Shown: positions 38,484-46,486 of the stretch, piece after piece | Position numbering within the stretch: position 1 is the stretch's first letter | How the letters are laid out: each line of letters begins with the position of its first letter | The notes under the pieces: generated by a model | What the model was told of the DNA's origin: nothing | What the model saw: the letters and a program-made list of their open reading frames with translations, nothing else | The model's database searches: none | Program-made: the position numbers and the translations under genes | IMG/VR virus record: IMGVR_UViG_3300045988_076310 | Length of the DNA: 63,174 nt | Strand: one strand, 5' to 3' | Origin: a virus

Positions 38484-38806
38484 TACATGTCCTTCAATTT
38501 CATCTTTAATTCTAGTAGCTCTTTTTCTTTGCTCAAGAGTTCAACATATTTTAGGGCAGATACACTGACAGATTTTACTCCTTCTAACCCTTCAATAAGT
38601 GTCCCTTGTTTATTGTCTAATAGTTTTAAGTATTTATCCTGAGTATCATAATACATATCTTGAACTCTACGTAGTTCTTTTGTCAGATATTCATTATGGT
38701 TATCAATATCCTTCATATACCTGTTGTATTGCAGGTGATGAATTATGTAAGAAATCATACTACAAAGAATACCTATTACTATGTAAACACCAAAATGCTC
38801 TTTCAT
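38483..38806 (-). CDS. Membrane-anchored coiled-coil protein
   Basis: N-terminal TM segment GVYIVIGILCSMISYII followed by a charged helical region. Confidence 0.55.
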   Translation of the reverse strand: MKEHFGVYIVIGILCSMISYIIHHLQYNRYMKDIDNHNEYLTKELRRVQDMYYDTQDKYLKLLDNKQGTLIEGLEGVKSVSVSALKYVELLSKEKELLELKMKLKDM

Positions 38807-38807
38807 C

Positions 38808-39290
38808 TTATACCTTTCTGTAGTGAGTGGCTATAAAACCCTCTCCCTTAAGTGTTACAATTATATTCTCAGGCTTCCTATATTCATTCATATCAGTGAA
38901 GTAAGTATCTCCTGAGTAGTCTCCTTCAATCAGACTGACTATGAACTCTTCACAGTATGGAATGAACTGCTTATACACAGATGCTCCACCAATAATCCAT
39001 AGGTCTTTATCACTGTGCTCATAGAAGTCAAGAATTTCTTCTACATTGTTTGCTATATAGACTTCCTCTCCATCATAGCCTTCAATCTCATCCCTATGTG
39101 TCAGGATAATGTTGACTCTATTCTTTAGAGGCTTACATCCTATAGACTTCCATGTAGTGTGTCCCATGACAACTATACCACCAGTAGTCTGATTTTTGAA
39201 GTAGTTTAGGTCAGCCCCATTGTGCCAAGGGAGACTTCCCTCAGCACCTATGAGACCACCTTTAGCTTCAGCCCAAATTAGTTTAATCAT
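38808..39290 (-). CDS. folA: Dihydrofolate reductase
   Basis: LIWAEAKGGLIGAEGSLPWH, GGIVVMGHTTWKSIG, NIILT and LWIIGGASVY are classic DHFR motifs; 160 aa. Confidence 0.85.
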   Translation of the reverse strand: MIKLIWAEAKGGLIGAEGSLPWHNGADLNYFKNQTTGGIVVMGHTTWKSIGCKPLKNRVNIILTHRDEIEGYDGEEVYIANNVEEILDFYEHSDKDLWIIGGASVYKQFIPYCEEFIVSLIEGDYSGDTYFTDMNEYRKPENIIVTLKGEGFIATHYRKV

Positions 39291-39305
39291 ATAGCTAATT
39301 ACCTA

Positions 39306-39638
39306 TTAGTCAAACCTAATACGTAACTTTACTGATGATTTTTGGTCAGTGAACCAACAACCATCAATAAAATCTTGTTGCTCCTTAGAAGCACCTTTTA
39401 CATAATATAGAGGAACCGCTGTGTGACTTTCTGGCATACTCTTATATAAAATCCATTTATCACCTACAAGCTCAAGATGAGCTATCTTTGCAGGGTAAAT
39501 GAACATATTACTTACAGCGAGATTAAATTCATCTTTTGAGAAACATTTAATACTACCATCATAAAGTAAATCACAACTTGAAATTTCTTTAGCACCGCTA
39601 AAAGGAGCACTAGTACTATAAAACTGTTTAAACTCCAT
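39306..39638 (-). CDS. Hypothetical protein
   Basis: Packed same-strand ORF. Confidence 0.55.
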   Translation of the reverse strand: MEFKQFYSTSAPFSGAKEISSCDLLYDGSIKCFSKDEFNLAVSNMFIYPAKIAHLELVGDKWILYKSMPESHTAVPLYYVKGASKEQQDFIDGCWFTDQKSSVKLRIRFD

Positions 39639-39655
39639 CTCAACCTCTTTAACTA

Positions 39656-39967
39656 TTAAGCTTCAATAAGGAAAGCAGGGTGATTGAATTGTGGGAAGCG
39701 TTCTTCAATTTCAGCAAGTGTGAACTTACCAATACGGTCAGTTCCATGTCCGAATACGTCAGCTTCTTCAGTGAAGCCTGAAATTTGTCCATCAGCATTG
39801 ATAGCAATGTAAGGAGCCTTTACGTTACGCTCTTTCTTACCAATGTAGATGATGTAGCGTTGTTCTGCTACAGTAGATGCAGGAACTACAGCCTCAATAG
39901 TTGTAGTTTCAATACCAAGGGTGCTTGCAAGTGCTTGCACAAGTTGATTGAATTGTTTGTTATCCAT
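39656..39967 (-). CDS. Hypothetical protein with its own strong promoter and RBS
   Basis: AAGGAGG RBS; consensus promoter at 40035..40063. Confidence 0.65.
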   Translation of the reverse strand: MDNKQFNQLVQALASTLGIETTTIEAVVPASTVAEQRYIIYIGKKERNVKAPYIAINADGQISGFTEEADVFGHGTDRIGKFTLAEIEERFPQFNHPAFLIEA

Positions 39968-40034
39968 AGTGATAACCTCCTTTAGGAAAATATTTATTTT
40001 TGTAATAACGTATTTCTAGGTTATTACATATATT

Positions 40035-40063
40035 AGTTTAACAAATTTAGGTTAGCCTGTCAA
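40035..40063 (-). promoter_or_regulatory. Sigma-70-like promoter (extended -10)
   Basis: On the minus strand: TTGACA, 17 nt ending TGt, TAAACT. An 8-bp hairpin GTAATAAC/GTTATTAC (40002..40027) sits at the predicted 5' end. Confidence 0.55.
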
Positions 40064-40866
40064 CCTTTTTTTGAAGATTTTTCAAAATTTTTTTCAATAA
40101 ATTCATCCAAGTCTTCTAACATGTCTCCAATGAAGACATAATACAGATAATCATAAGCGTCAGGCTGTCTATCTACAGGTCTATATAGACGGTAGTTAGG
40201 GTTAGCTTCAATGATATCTACAGTCTCAATAAACTGATTAAAGAACTCCTCAGCACGGTACTTATTAAATATGTAAGTCTTGTGGGAAACAATCTTCCTA
40301 GTACGTACCTTGATAGCAGGGTTCACAAAGGCAAACTTAAAGTCTCTTACTTTGTAACCAAGCTGAGAATAGACATACATATACATGTTAGCCTGAAGAC
40401 CATACTTGTAGTTCTCCTCTTTTGGAGCCTGTGAGACTGTCTTATAATCCACAAGGGTTACAGTACCATCATCATTCTGAATGACTGCATCCACAATCCC
40501 TGTGAACTGATGACCATTAGGTAGGTCAAAGAACACCTGATTTTCAGTCTCAATGATTTTAGAAGCATCAATCATGTATTCATCTTCAAAATAACGGTCT
40601 AGACCTAGTAAACCACAGGTGATAGCTTCTTCTACATAGTCCTTATCCTTAATCTCTTCAAGCACTTCAGACTTAAGTTCTTCAAGCTTCAATTCACCCT
40701 TGTGCTTACCTAAAATCTCCATACCTAGGTGAAAAATAGTTCCACGGTCCATGTACTTAGTACGTTCAGGGTCTCTAATTTCTTTATAGCCTGCAATATA
40801 CTTACACCAGTGTCTCCAAGGACAATCCAGGAAAGTATTCACACGACTAATACTATAAGTTGTCAT
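40060..40866 (-). CDS. PD-(D/E)XK (Cas4/RecB-like) exonuclease
   Basis: GIVDAVIQNDDGTVTLVDYKT core motif, N-terminal CPWRHWC, GGAGG RBS. Confidence 0.65.
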   Translation of the reverse strand: MTTYSISRVNTFLDCPWRHWCKYIAGYKEIRDPERTKYMDRGTIFHLGMEILGKHKGELKLEELKSEVLEEIKDKDYVEEAITCGLLGLDRYFEDEYMIDASKIIETENQVFFDLPNGHQFTGIVDAVIQNDDGTVTLVDYKTVSQAPKEENYKYGLQANMYMYVYSQLGYKVRDFKFAFVNPAIKVRTRKIVSHKTYIFNKYRAEEFFNQFIETVDIIEANPNYRLYRPVDRQPDAYDYLYYVFIGDMLEDLDEFIEKNFEKSSKKG

Positions 40867-40874
40867 AGTTCCTC

Positions 40875-41231
40875 CTACTTATCCAATAAGCTCATAACAA
40901 GATTGATGTTAGGGTAAAAGATTGGTCCAAACAATGTCAATACTAGGGTAATAATACAAGTAATAGTACCAACTGTTAAAAATTTATTAGATTTAAACTC
41001 TTCTTTTTCCATCATATAAAAAGTTGTCATAACCAAGAATAAGATTAAACCTATAACTGAAACCCACCATAAGCTATCTATAACTGATTTAATAGCATAC
41101 TCTCTCACAAGTGTGCTGTACACTTCCTTGTAGTTAGCTCCAATAGTATCTAGTGTACCCTTTAAAGCATCCTTACTTACACCTAGCAACTTAGCTAGTT
41201 CATTTAAAACATTATTTAAACCTTCCATCAT
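40875..41231 (-). CDS. Membrane protein
   Basis: Two or three hydrophobic segments (VIGLILFLVMTTFYM, VGTITCIITLVLTLFGPIF). Confidence 0.55.
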   Translation of the reverse strand: MMEGLNNVLNELAKLLGVSKDALKGTLDTIGANYKEVYSTLVREYAIKSVIDSLWWVSVIGLILFLVMTTFYMMEKEEFKSNKFLTVGTITCIITLVLTLFGPIFYPNINLVMSLLDK

Positions 41232-41533
41232 CCACCTCTTCCAACACCATTATCAATGTAGTAAACTAAGTCCATAAACCGTCTATCTAAAGAGTTCTCC
41301 ATACTCTTAGCTCTGATAGACTCTTCAGTTAATGCCTTGTCCACCTGTGCAAGCTTAAGATTAAGCTTTGCGTTCTCAAGCTTAAGTTCCTTAAGAGCTT
41401 TCTCAGTGTGATTAACATACATCACCAATGAGATGATTACAGCCAGTCCACAAAGTATATAAGACCCTAGTTTAGCGTACTTTCCAAGCTCTTTTGTGGA
41501 TAGCTTTGAAAATATCAAATTCATTCTTTTCAT
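41228..41533 (-). CDS. Membrane-anchored coiled-coil protein
   Basis: TM segment SYILCGLAVIISLVMYV followed by a coiled coil. Confidence 0.5.
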   Translation of the reverse strand: MKRMNLIFSKLSTKELGKYAKLGSYILCGLAVIISLVMYVNHTEKALKELKLENAKLNLKLAQVDKALTEESIRAKSMENSLDRRFMDLVYYIDNGVGRGG

Positions 41534-41831
41534 TAATAAGTTCCTTATCTTCTAACTCCTTCAAAATCTCAGAAGCTTTTTTATACTTGTACTTCTGAAG
41601 AACTTCAGCCACAGTTAGACTAACAGTAGGAGTACTGTCAATTATCAGTGGTCTAAAATCAGCCTTCAGGATATCATCAAGCATCTTCATATTCTTAGAT
41701 GAAGGGAATACTTTTCCATTCTCCCATCTCCAAACATTAGTAACAGATGTATTAAGAATTGAGGCAAGCTCCTCCTGCGTATAACCAAATAGTTGTCGTC
41801 TTTCTTTTAATGCTTCAGCGAACTCTGTCAA
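41472..41831 (-). CDS. XRE-family helix-turn-helix regulator
   Basis: LKERRQLFGYTQEELASILNTSVTNVWRWENGKVFPS. Confidence 0.75.
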   Translation of the reverse strand: MTEFAEALKERRQLFGYTQEELASILNTSVTNVWRWENGKVFPSSKNMKMLDDILKADFRPLIIDSTPTVSLTVAEVLQKYKYKKASEILKELEDKELINEKNEFDIFKAIHKRAWKVR

Positions 41832-42513
41832 TTATCTTAAACCCTCTTTCTTTACTAATATATACAGGCTCCTTAGTCATGCTCTCCATGACAATGTATT
41901 GAGAATACTCAGGATACTCCTTCCTAAGGTCTTCTTTTGAGTTACACTTAACAGAAAATCTGTTGAACTCAATAGACCAACCAAGTGTACCATCATCATA
42001 CTTACATAAGTAGTGTCCACTAGGTAGCTTAACTACATAAGAACTTCCTGTGTAGTCCACTTCCCACTCCTGTGCAAGTACAGCCTTACACATTCGCACA
42101 AAGGATTGACCATATTGTTCACGGTCCATACCTTCTGTGATTTTATAGCGGTCTTCCATAACTGACTCATACTTACTGTAGTAGAGGATGTTAATCAAAC
42201 CTACATTACGTAGTCTGCGGAACTCATCACCAAAAGATAGCTTTTTAAGATACTCATCTTCTTTAGGAGTTACATACACAGTGTTTTCTTTTTTAGTCTC
42301 AATAAACACTGAGTTCTTAATCTTTTCATCCACAAAATCTCGTAAGGTTTTAATCCCACTTGACCTCTCCATGATTTTATCATAGATATCCTTACGGATT
42401 GTTCCACCATCAAGAGCTTTCTGAAGGGTTCTATAGGAGATACCATACTCCTCCATAATCTTCAACTTAGTCTTCGTTTTTAATTCTTCATTTAAAATGT
42501 CTTTTAATTCCAT
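41815..42513 (-). CDS. Hypothetical protein, N-terminal HTH-like
   Basis: EEYGISYRTLQKALDGG near the N-terminus. Confidence 0.55.
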   Translation of the reverse strand: MELKDILNEELKTKTKLKIMEEYGISYRTLQKALDGGTIRKDIYDKIMERSSGIKTLRDFVDEKIKNSVFIETKKENTVYVTPKEDEYLKKLSFGDEFRRLRNVGLINILYYSKYESVMEDRYKITEGMDREQYGQSFVRMCKAVLAQEWEVDYTGSSYVVKLPSGHYLCKYDDGTLGWSIEFNRFSVKCNSKEDLRKEYPEYSQYIVMESMTKEPVYISKERGFKIIDRVR

Positions 42514-42533
42514 ATATTTTCTCCTGAGGATGG

Positions 42534-43031
42534 TTATTTTCCATCCTCTTTCAACTGGTCAGTCAAACATGCACTACAAGGAGTCACTTCATAACCAAGG
42601 AACATAGCTAGTACTTGGTTAGTTACACGTGATTGCTCTATGAAGGCTGTTTTAACTTCTTCATTGCTTAAGTCAACTTGCCAAGCTTCAAATGCTGTAA
42701 TAGTAGCAATAAGCACATGCTTCAGTAAGCACCATAAATCAGGGTTCCCCTCTGCTGTAGCTTGTGCTTTCAACAATTTCATAGCATCCCGTCTTTGCTT
42801 AGTAACTGTGTCCAATAGTAGAATAGTATCAGCAATCTTAGTGTCAGTGTCTACAACTGAGATTTTCTCTTCTTCAGTCTGAACTTCAGGATTGTCTTTA
42901 AAGTACCAAAACTTATTTTGGTCTTCATACTTACGGATTAAAATCTCTAAGTGATATTCACTAGCACCTAAGTGCATGATATTAGTAATGATATCTTCAG
43001 TGATACCTACTGAGCTATTTTTGTTTACCAT
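42534..43031 (-). CDS. Hypothetical protein
   Basis: GAGG RBS; packed ORF. Confidence 0.55.
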   Translation of the reverse strand: MVNKNSSVGITEDIITNIMHLGASEYHLEILIRKYEDQNKFWYFKDNPEVQTEEEKISVVDTDTKIADTILLLDTVTKQRRDAMKLLKAQATAEGNPDLWCLLKHVLIATITAFEAWQVDLSNEEVKTAFIEQSRVTNQVLAMFLGYEVTPCSACLTDQLKEDGK

Positions 43032-43192
43032 ATTAACCTCAAAATGTGTTTCCTGCTACAAGCATGTAGCGAATAAAATAAGTGTTTTTTGTTTTTCTGT
43101 GCATCTCATGCCAAAAATTAAATGCTTTAATATAACTATCAAATGAGTGTGTCTTAACAAGTTCTCCATTGAAATACTCATTTACATTATAG

Positions 43193-43678
43193 TTACTCAC
43201 AATATCCATTATTAATCACCTCCATAATCTCTTCCTGTACCTTCTTTGGTATAGGTTTATCGTTAGGGAAGTATGGATAGAAAACTGTATGTATCTCCTT
43301 CTTATGAGGGTCATCAAAATATATGTGTCTAAAGCAATACTTGTGAGACATATAGTCCACAACTGTGTGGTTAGGTCCACTTAGTCTACGGTACATATAA
43401 TCAATCTCTTCAGGGAGTGAGTGCTTCAGTGTGAATATACTATCAAATGATTGTAATTCAGGAATACACTCTCTATAGTGAGATTTCATATAACGAATAC
43501 CTTCATAGAAACTATTAAGAACATATACATTACCCTTAACACAAATTGTGAACAGGTCCTCCCAATCAGACTGTAGTTTCACATAGTCCAAGGGGTTTAG
43601 CATAAATGCTATTCTGTTGAATTGCCTTAATTCCTTATAATCTTCTAACCTATAAGCAGGTTTATCATAGAGTTTCAT
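43193..43678 (-). CDS. Hypothetical protein
   Basis: Abuts the polymerase gene stop. Confidence 0.55.
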   Translation of the reverse strand: MKLYDKPAYRLEDYKELRQFNRIAFMLNPLDYVKLQSDWEDLFTICVKGNVYVLNSFYEGIRYMKSHYRECIPELQSFDSIFTLKHSLPEEIDYMYRRLSGPNHTVVDYMSHKYCFRHIYFDDPHKKEIHTVFYPYFPNDKPIPKKVQEEIMEVINNGYCE

Positions 43679-45613
43679 CTATCCTCCCCAAGCTTGGTGA
43701 ACTTCCACATCTGCAATAATTGGAATAGGTATATCTATACCCTCAATTATTGAAGGATGCTCCATCATCTCTTTAATTATTGGAACTACTTCCTCTACAT
43801 AACCATCTCTAATCTCAAATAGGATAGCATCATGCACAGAACCTAGTACCTTACAGCGTTCATGGTCAATTATATCACTAAACACAATGTCTGACAAAGC
43901 ACTAATACACATGTCTGATGCAAAGCCTTGAACACCTGAGTTGATAGATTGTCTTTCAGCCTGACCTCTATCTGACCAGTTGCTAGAGTTGATATCAGGA
44001 AGGAACCTCTTACGACCTATAGGGGACCATGTATGTCCATTCTTTCTAGCATAAGCCTTACACTCTTCATGCCAAGGAAGTAGTCTAGGATATGCTTTGA
44101 AGAAGTCATTACGGAAGCCTTCAGACTGTTCTTCTGTGATATTAAGTCCATATCCCTTAGCATAATCCACAAATGTTTTAGCAGACATTCCATATAGAAA
44201 ACCAAAGTTCATGGACTTAGCTTCAGTACGCTTTCTCTTCTGTTCCTGAGGACTAAGACCTGAAGTATCCCCAAAAAGAAGCTCAGTAGTCTTACTGTGC
44301 AAGTCACTACCTGACTGATAAGCATGTTGCATATTAGTATCACCTGAGAACATTGAAGCCACACGAAGTTCAATTTGTGAAAAATCAAGTTCTGCTAGCT
44401 TCCATCCAGGTCTAGCTTCAATAAGATTTCTTACATTTTTATCCTGGGGAATTTGTTGCAAATTTGGGTTACTACATGTAGTTCTTCCAGTACGTGCTGT
44501 AATATTAAAACTAGGGTATATCCTATCATTGACTTGAATTTTTTCCCAAGACTTAATAAAAGTCTCTAGCTTAGTCAACCGTCTATACTCTAATAAATCA
44601 TCCACTACAGGGTTCCCTACATAGTTCATCAGTACATCACTCTTCACTGAAGGAGCACCTTTATCTGTCTTCTCAATGACCTTAAGTCCAACACCATATC
44701 CAATAATCACAGGTTTGAAGTTATGCTTGAGCTTAACATCTATACCATATAGATAGTTATTATCAGCTAGGTATTCTTCTTTGAATTTAGTAGCTTCCTT
44801 ACGTGTATCAAACTCTCCTCTGACAATCTGATCACCTGTGAACATGTACTCAATAACCTCATAAGTATTAGGAAGCTTTTCTCCCTTCTCTTTATAGATA
44901 GGTTTATTCTTCTTTCCAAACAACACTGATGCTACCTGAGCTGTAGAGTTCCAGTTGATATCTGCCACAGTGATGAGTCGTTCATAGTAAGGCATATACT
45001 CTTCTTTTAGCTTCTCACCAATCTCTTTTCGTCTAGGACTGATAGGTACTCCACCTTTTTCTACCTCATAATAGGCTCTATAAGCTCTCATCTCATGCTT
45101 GTACACTTTAACTAAGTCATACAAGTTAAGCTTCTTCTTAAAAATCTTCATGAGCTTAATAGGATAGAGTACATCATCTAATGCGTAAGAGGTAAATGCT
45201 TCTGTGATTTTACTCTTCTTAGCTTCAGTAGCAATGTCATAATCAACATTGAAGTACTTCTTAACAAGTGGCTTCAATCCAAGCTCTTCCTCACCACAAA
45301 CATGAGCAAGTACCAGTGTGTCTACCCAAAGATTGAGCTCAATTCTTGTCTTCTCATAGATGAACAGAAGGTCAAACTTTCCATTGTGAGTAACTAGCTT
45401 AGCCTTTTTTAAATAGGTAAGTAATTTTAGTAAAAATTTTGTGTCAGTCTTTTCCCAATCAAAGAATTTTCTTTCATACTTTCCACTAAACTCATCTGTA
45501 TAGCCTATCTGCAATGAGGTGATGTTATCAAAGTGTCTGTGTAATCCAGTAGTTTCAATATCTAGACACACAGGTTTGTTTAAGTCTATTCTACTTATCA
45601 TACATGTCCTCAT
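43679..45613 (-). CDS. Family A DNA polymerase with 3'-5' exonuclease domain
   Basis: Exo I CLDIETTGL, Exo II HNGKFDL, Exo III YALDDV. Pol motif A LDFSQIELRV, motif B RTEAKSMNFGFLYGMS, motif C GSVHDAILFE. Confidence 0.93.
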   Translation of the reverse strand: MRTCMISRIDLNKPVCLDIETTGLHRHFDNITSLQIGYTDEFSGKYERKFFDWEKTDTKFLLKLLTYLKKAKLVTHNGKFDLLFIYEKTRIELNLWVDTLVLAHVCGEEELGLKPLVKKYFNVDYDIATEAKKSKITEAFTSYALDDVLYPIKLMKIFKKKLNLYDLVKVYKHEMRAYRAYYEVEKGGVPISPRRKEIGEKLKEEYMPYYERLITVADINWNSTAQVASVLFGKKNKPIYKEKGEKLPNTYEVIEYMFTGDQIVRGEFDTRKEATKFKEEYLADNNYLYGIDVKLKHNFKPVIIGYGVGLKVIEKTDKGAPSVKSDVLMNYVGNPVVDDLLEYRRLTKLETFIKSWEKIQVNDRIYPSFNITARTGRTTCSNPNLQQIPQDKNVRNLIEARPGWKLAELDFSQIELRVASMFSGDTNMQHAYQSGSDLHSKTTELLFGDTSGLSPQEQKRKRTEAKSMNFGFLYGMSAKTFVDYAKGYGLNITEEQSEGFRNDFFKAYPRLLPWHEECKAYARKNGHTWSPIGRKRFLPDINSSNWSDRGQAERQSINSGVQGFASDMCISALSDIVFSDIIDHERCKVLGSVHDAILFEIRDGYVEEVVPIIKEMMEHPSIIEGIDIPIPIIADVEVHQAWGG

Positions 45614-46127
45614 TCTCCCAAGCTTTTGCTAAGTACATCAATGTATTAGCCCTACGCTTCATTCTTCTATATTCTTTTGAAACAGCTCTAACACCACTCA
45701 GTGATGATACAAGTCCATGGAAACTTAAAGGAGTATCTACTAACTTATATTTTATAAGCTCATCATCAACAAAATCTTTAATGAACTTACCTGCATATTC
45801 CCCTTCAATTTCATAGTATTCATTATACCAGTAGTGAACTAGCCAGTTTATTTCATCAACTGAGAATATATCAGTCATTTTAGATAGAGATACAATATTA
45901 GGTAGTTTACCTTGCCTCATCCTACGTACACTTGTGGATAAGTCAGCTTTCATACCTATTTTATTTAGGTATCCTGTAAATGTGTACAGATTATCCTCTA
46001 AAAAGGTATAAATTCTTAGCAATACCTTACTCTCTATAGTACCTTCATTCTGCTTACATACATCATATACCCAATCAGGGATAGCTTTTCTAACATTCCT
46101 CGTCATCCCCAATGTACCTCCACTCAC
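45591..46127 (-). CDS. Hypothetical protein (likely start at 46106)
   Basis: ATG 46106 follows GGAGG and overlaps the end of the small upstream ORF. Confidence 0.55.
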   Translation of the reverse strand: MSGGTLGMTRNVRKAIPDWVYDVCKQNEGTIESKVLLRIYTFLEDNLYTFTGYLNKIGMKADLSTSVRRMRQGKLPNIVSLSKMTDIFSVDEINWLVHYWYNEYYEIEGEYAGKFIKDFVDDELIKYKLVDTPLSFHGLVSSLSGVRAVSKEYRRMKRRANTLMYLAKAWENEDMYDK

Positions 46128-46230
46128 TACCTATACGCACAAAACGTTCAGGATAAAGTCTAATAAGCTCATTCCCATCACGCTCCTCAGGAGGTGTAGA
46201 TAACCAATCATCATAGTCCTGTTTAAACAT
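46090..46230 (-). CDS. Small hypothetical protein (46 aa, below the ORF-track cutoff)
   Basis: MFKQDYDDWLSTPPEERDGNELIRLYPERFVRIGSEWRYIGDDEEC. Its ATG lies within the ATGTTTAA overlap with the upstream stop, and it fills a 96-nt gap. Confidence 0.45.
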   Translation of the reverse strand: MFKQDYDDWLSTPPEERDGNELIRLYPERFVRIGSEWRYIGDDEEC

Positions 46231-46456
46231 GTTTGTCCTTCTTCTCTAACTCTTTGAGTAAGTCTTCTTCCCTAATAAGGGACATATTGTATAGCTCTAG
46301 TGTCTGAGCCAGTCTATGCTCCTGTGCTTTGATAAGTGTCTTGTGCCTTTTTAGCTCTCTGTTTGAAATGAAGGCTACAATTAAAGCCCACACAAAGGCT
46401 ATCACTTGAGCTATCATGATGATAATCCACAAGATATTTTCCATTACATCCTCCAT
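46223..46456 (-). CDS. Small membrane protein
   Basis: TM segment ILWIIIMIAQVIAFVWALIVAFI; GGAGG RBS. Confidence 0.55.
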   Translation of the reverse strand: MEDVMENILWIIIMIAQVIAFVWALIVAFISNRELKRHKTLIKAQEHRLAQTLELYNMSLIREEDLLKELEKKDKHV

Positions 46457-46482
46457 TAAAAGCTAGGGGGCTTTGCCCCCTA
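46455..46482 (-). terminator. Rho-independent terminator downstream of the LPXTG gene
   Basis: On the minus strand: TAGGGGGC-aaa-GCCCCCTA followed by GCTTTTAA. Confidence 0.6.
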
Positions 46483-46486
46483 ACAG

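Noticed and set aside
41472-41831. The XRE-type HTH protein as evidence of a lysogeny switch (CI/Cro).
   Set aside because: No integrase, excisionase or divergently transcribed repressor pair is present. The gene sits mid-operon among early genes, so it is more likely a transcription regulator of a virulent phage.
43056-43181. 41-aa minus-strand ORF (MSISMENLLRHTHLIVILKHLIFGMRCTEKQKTLILFATCL) in the 160-nt gap between 42534..43031 and 43193..43678.
   Set aside because: It has no Shine-Dalgarno sequence and an unconvincing composition. The gap may instead hold regulatory signals, so I did not list it as a feature.
44017-45816. ORFs 44017..44205 (-, alternate frame) and 45604..45816 (+).
   Set aside because: They are embedded in or antisense to the DNA polymerase gene and the 45591..46127 gene. 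The polymerase motifs confirm the main frame.
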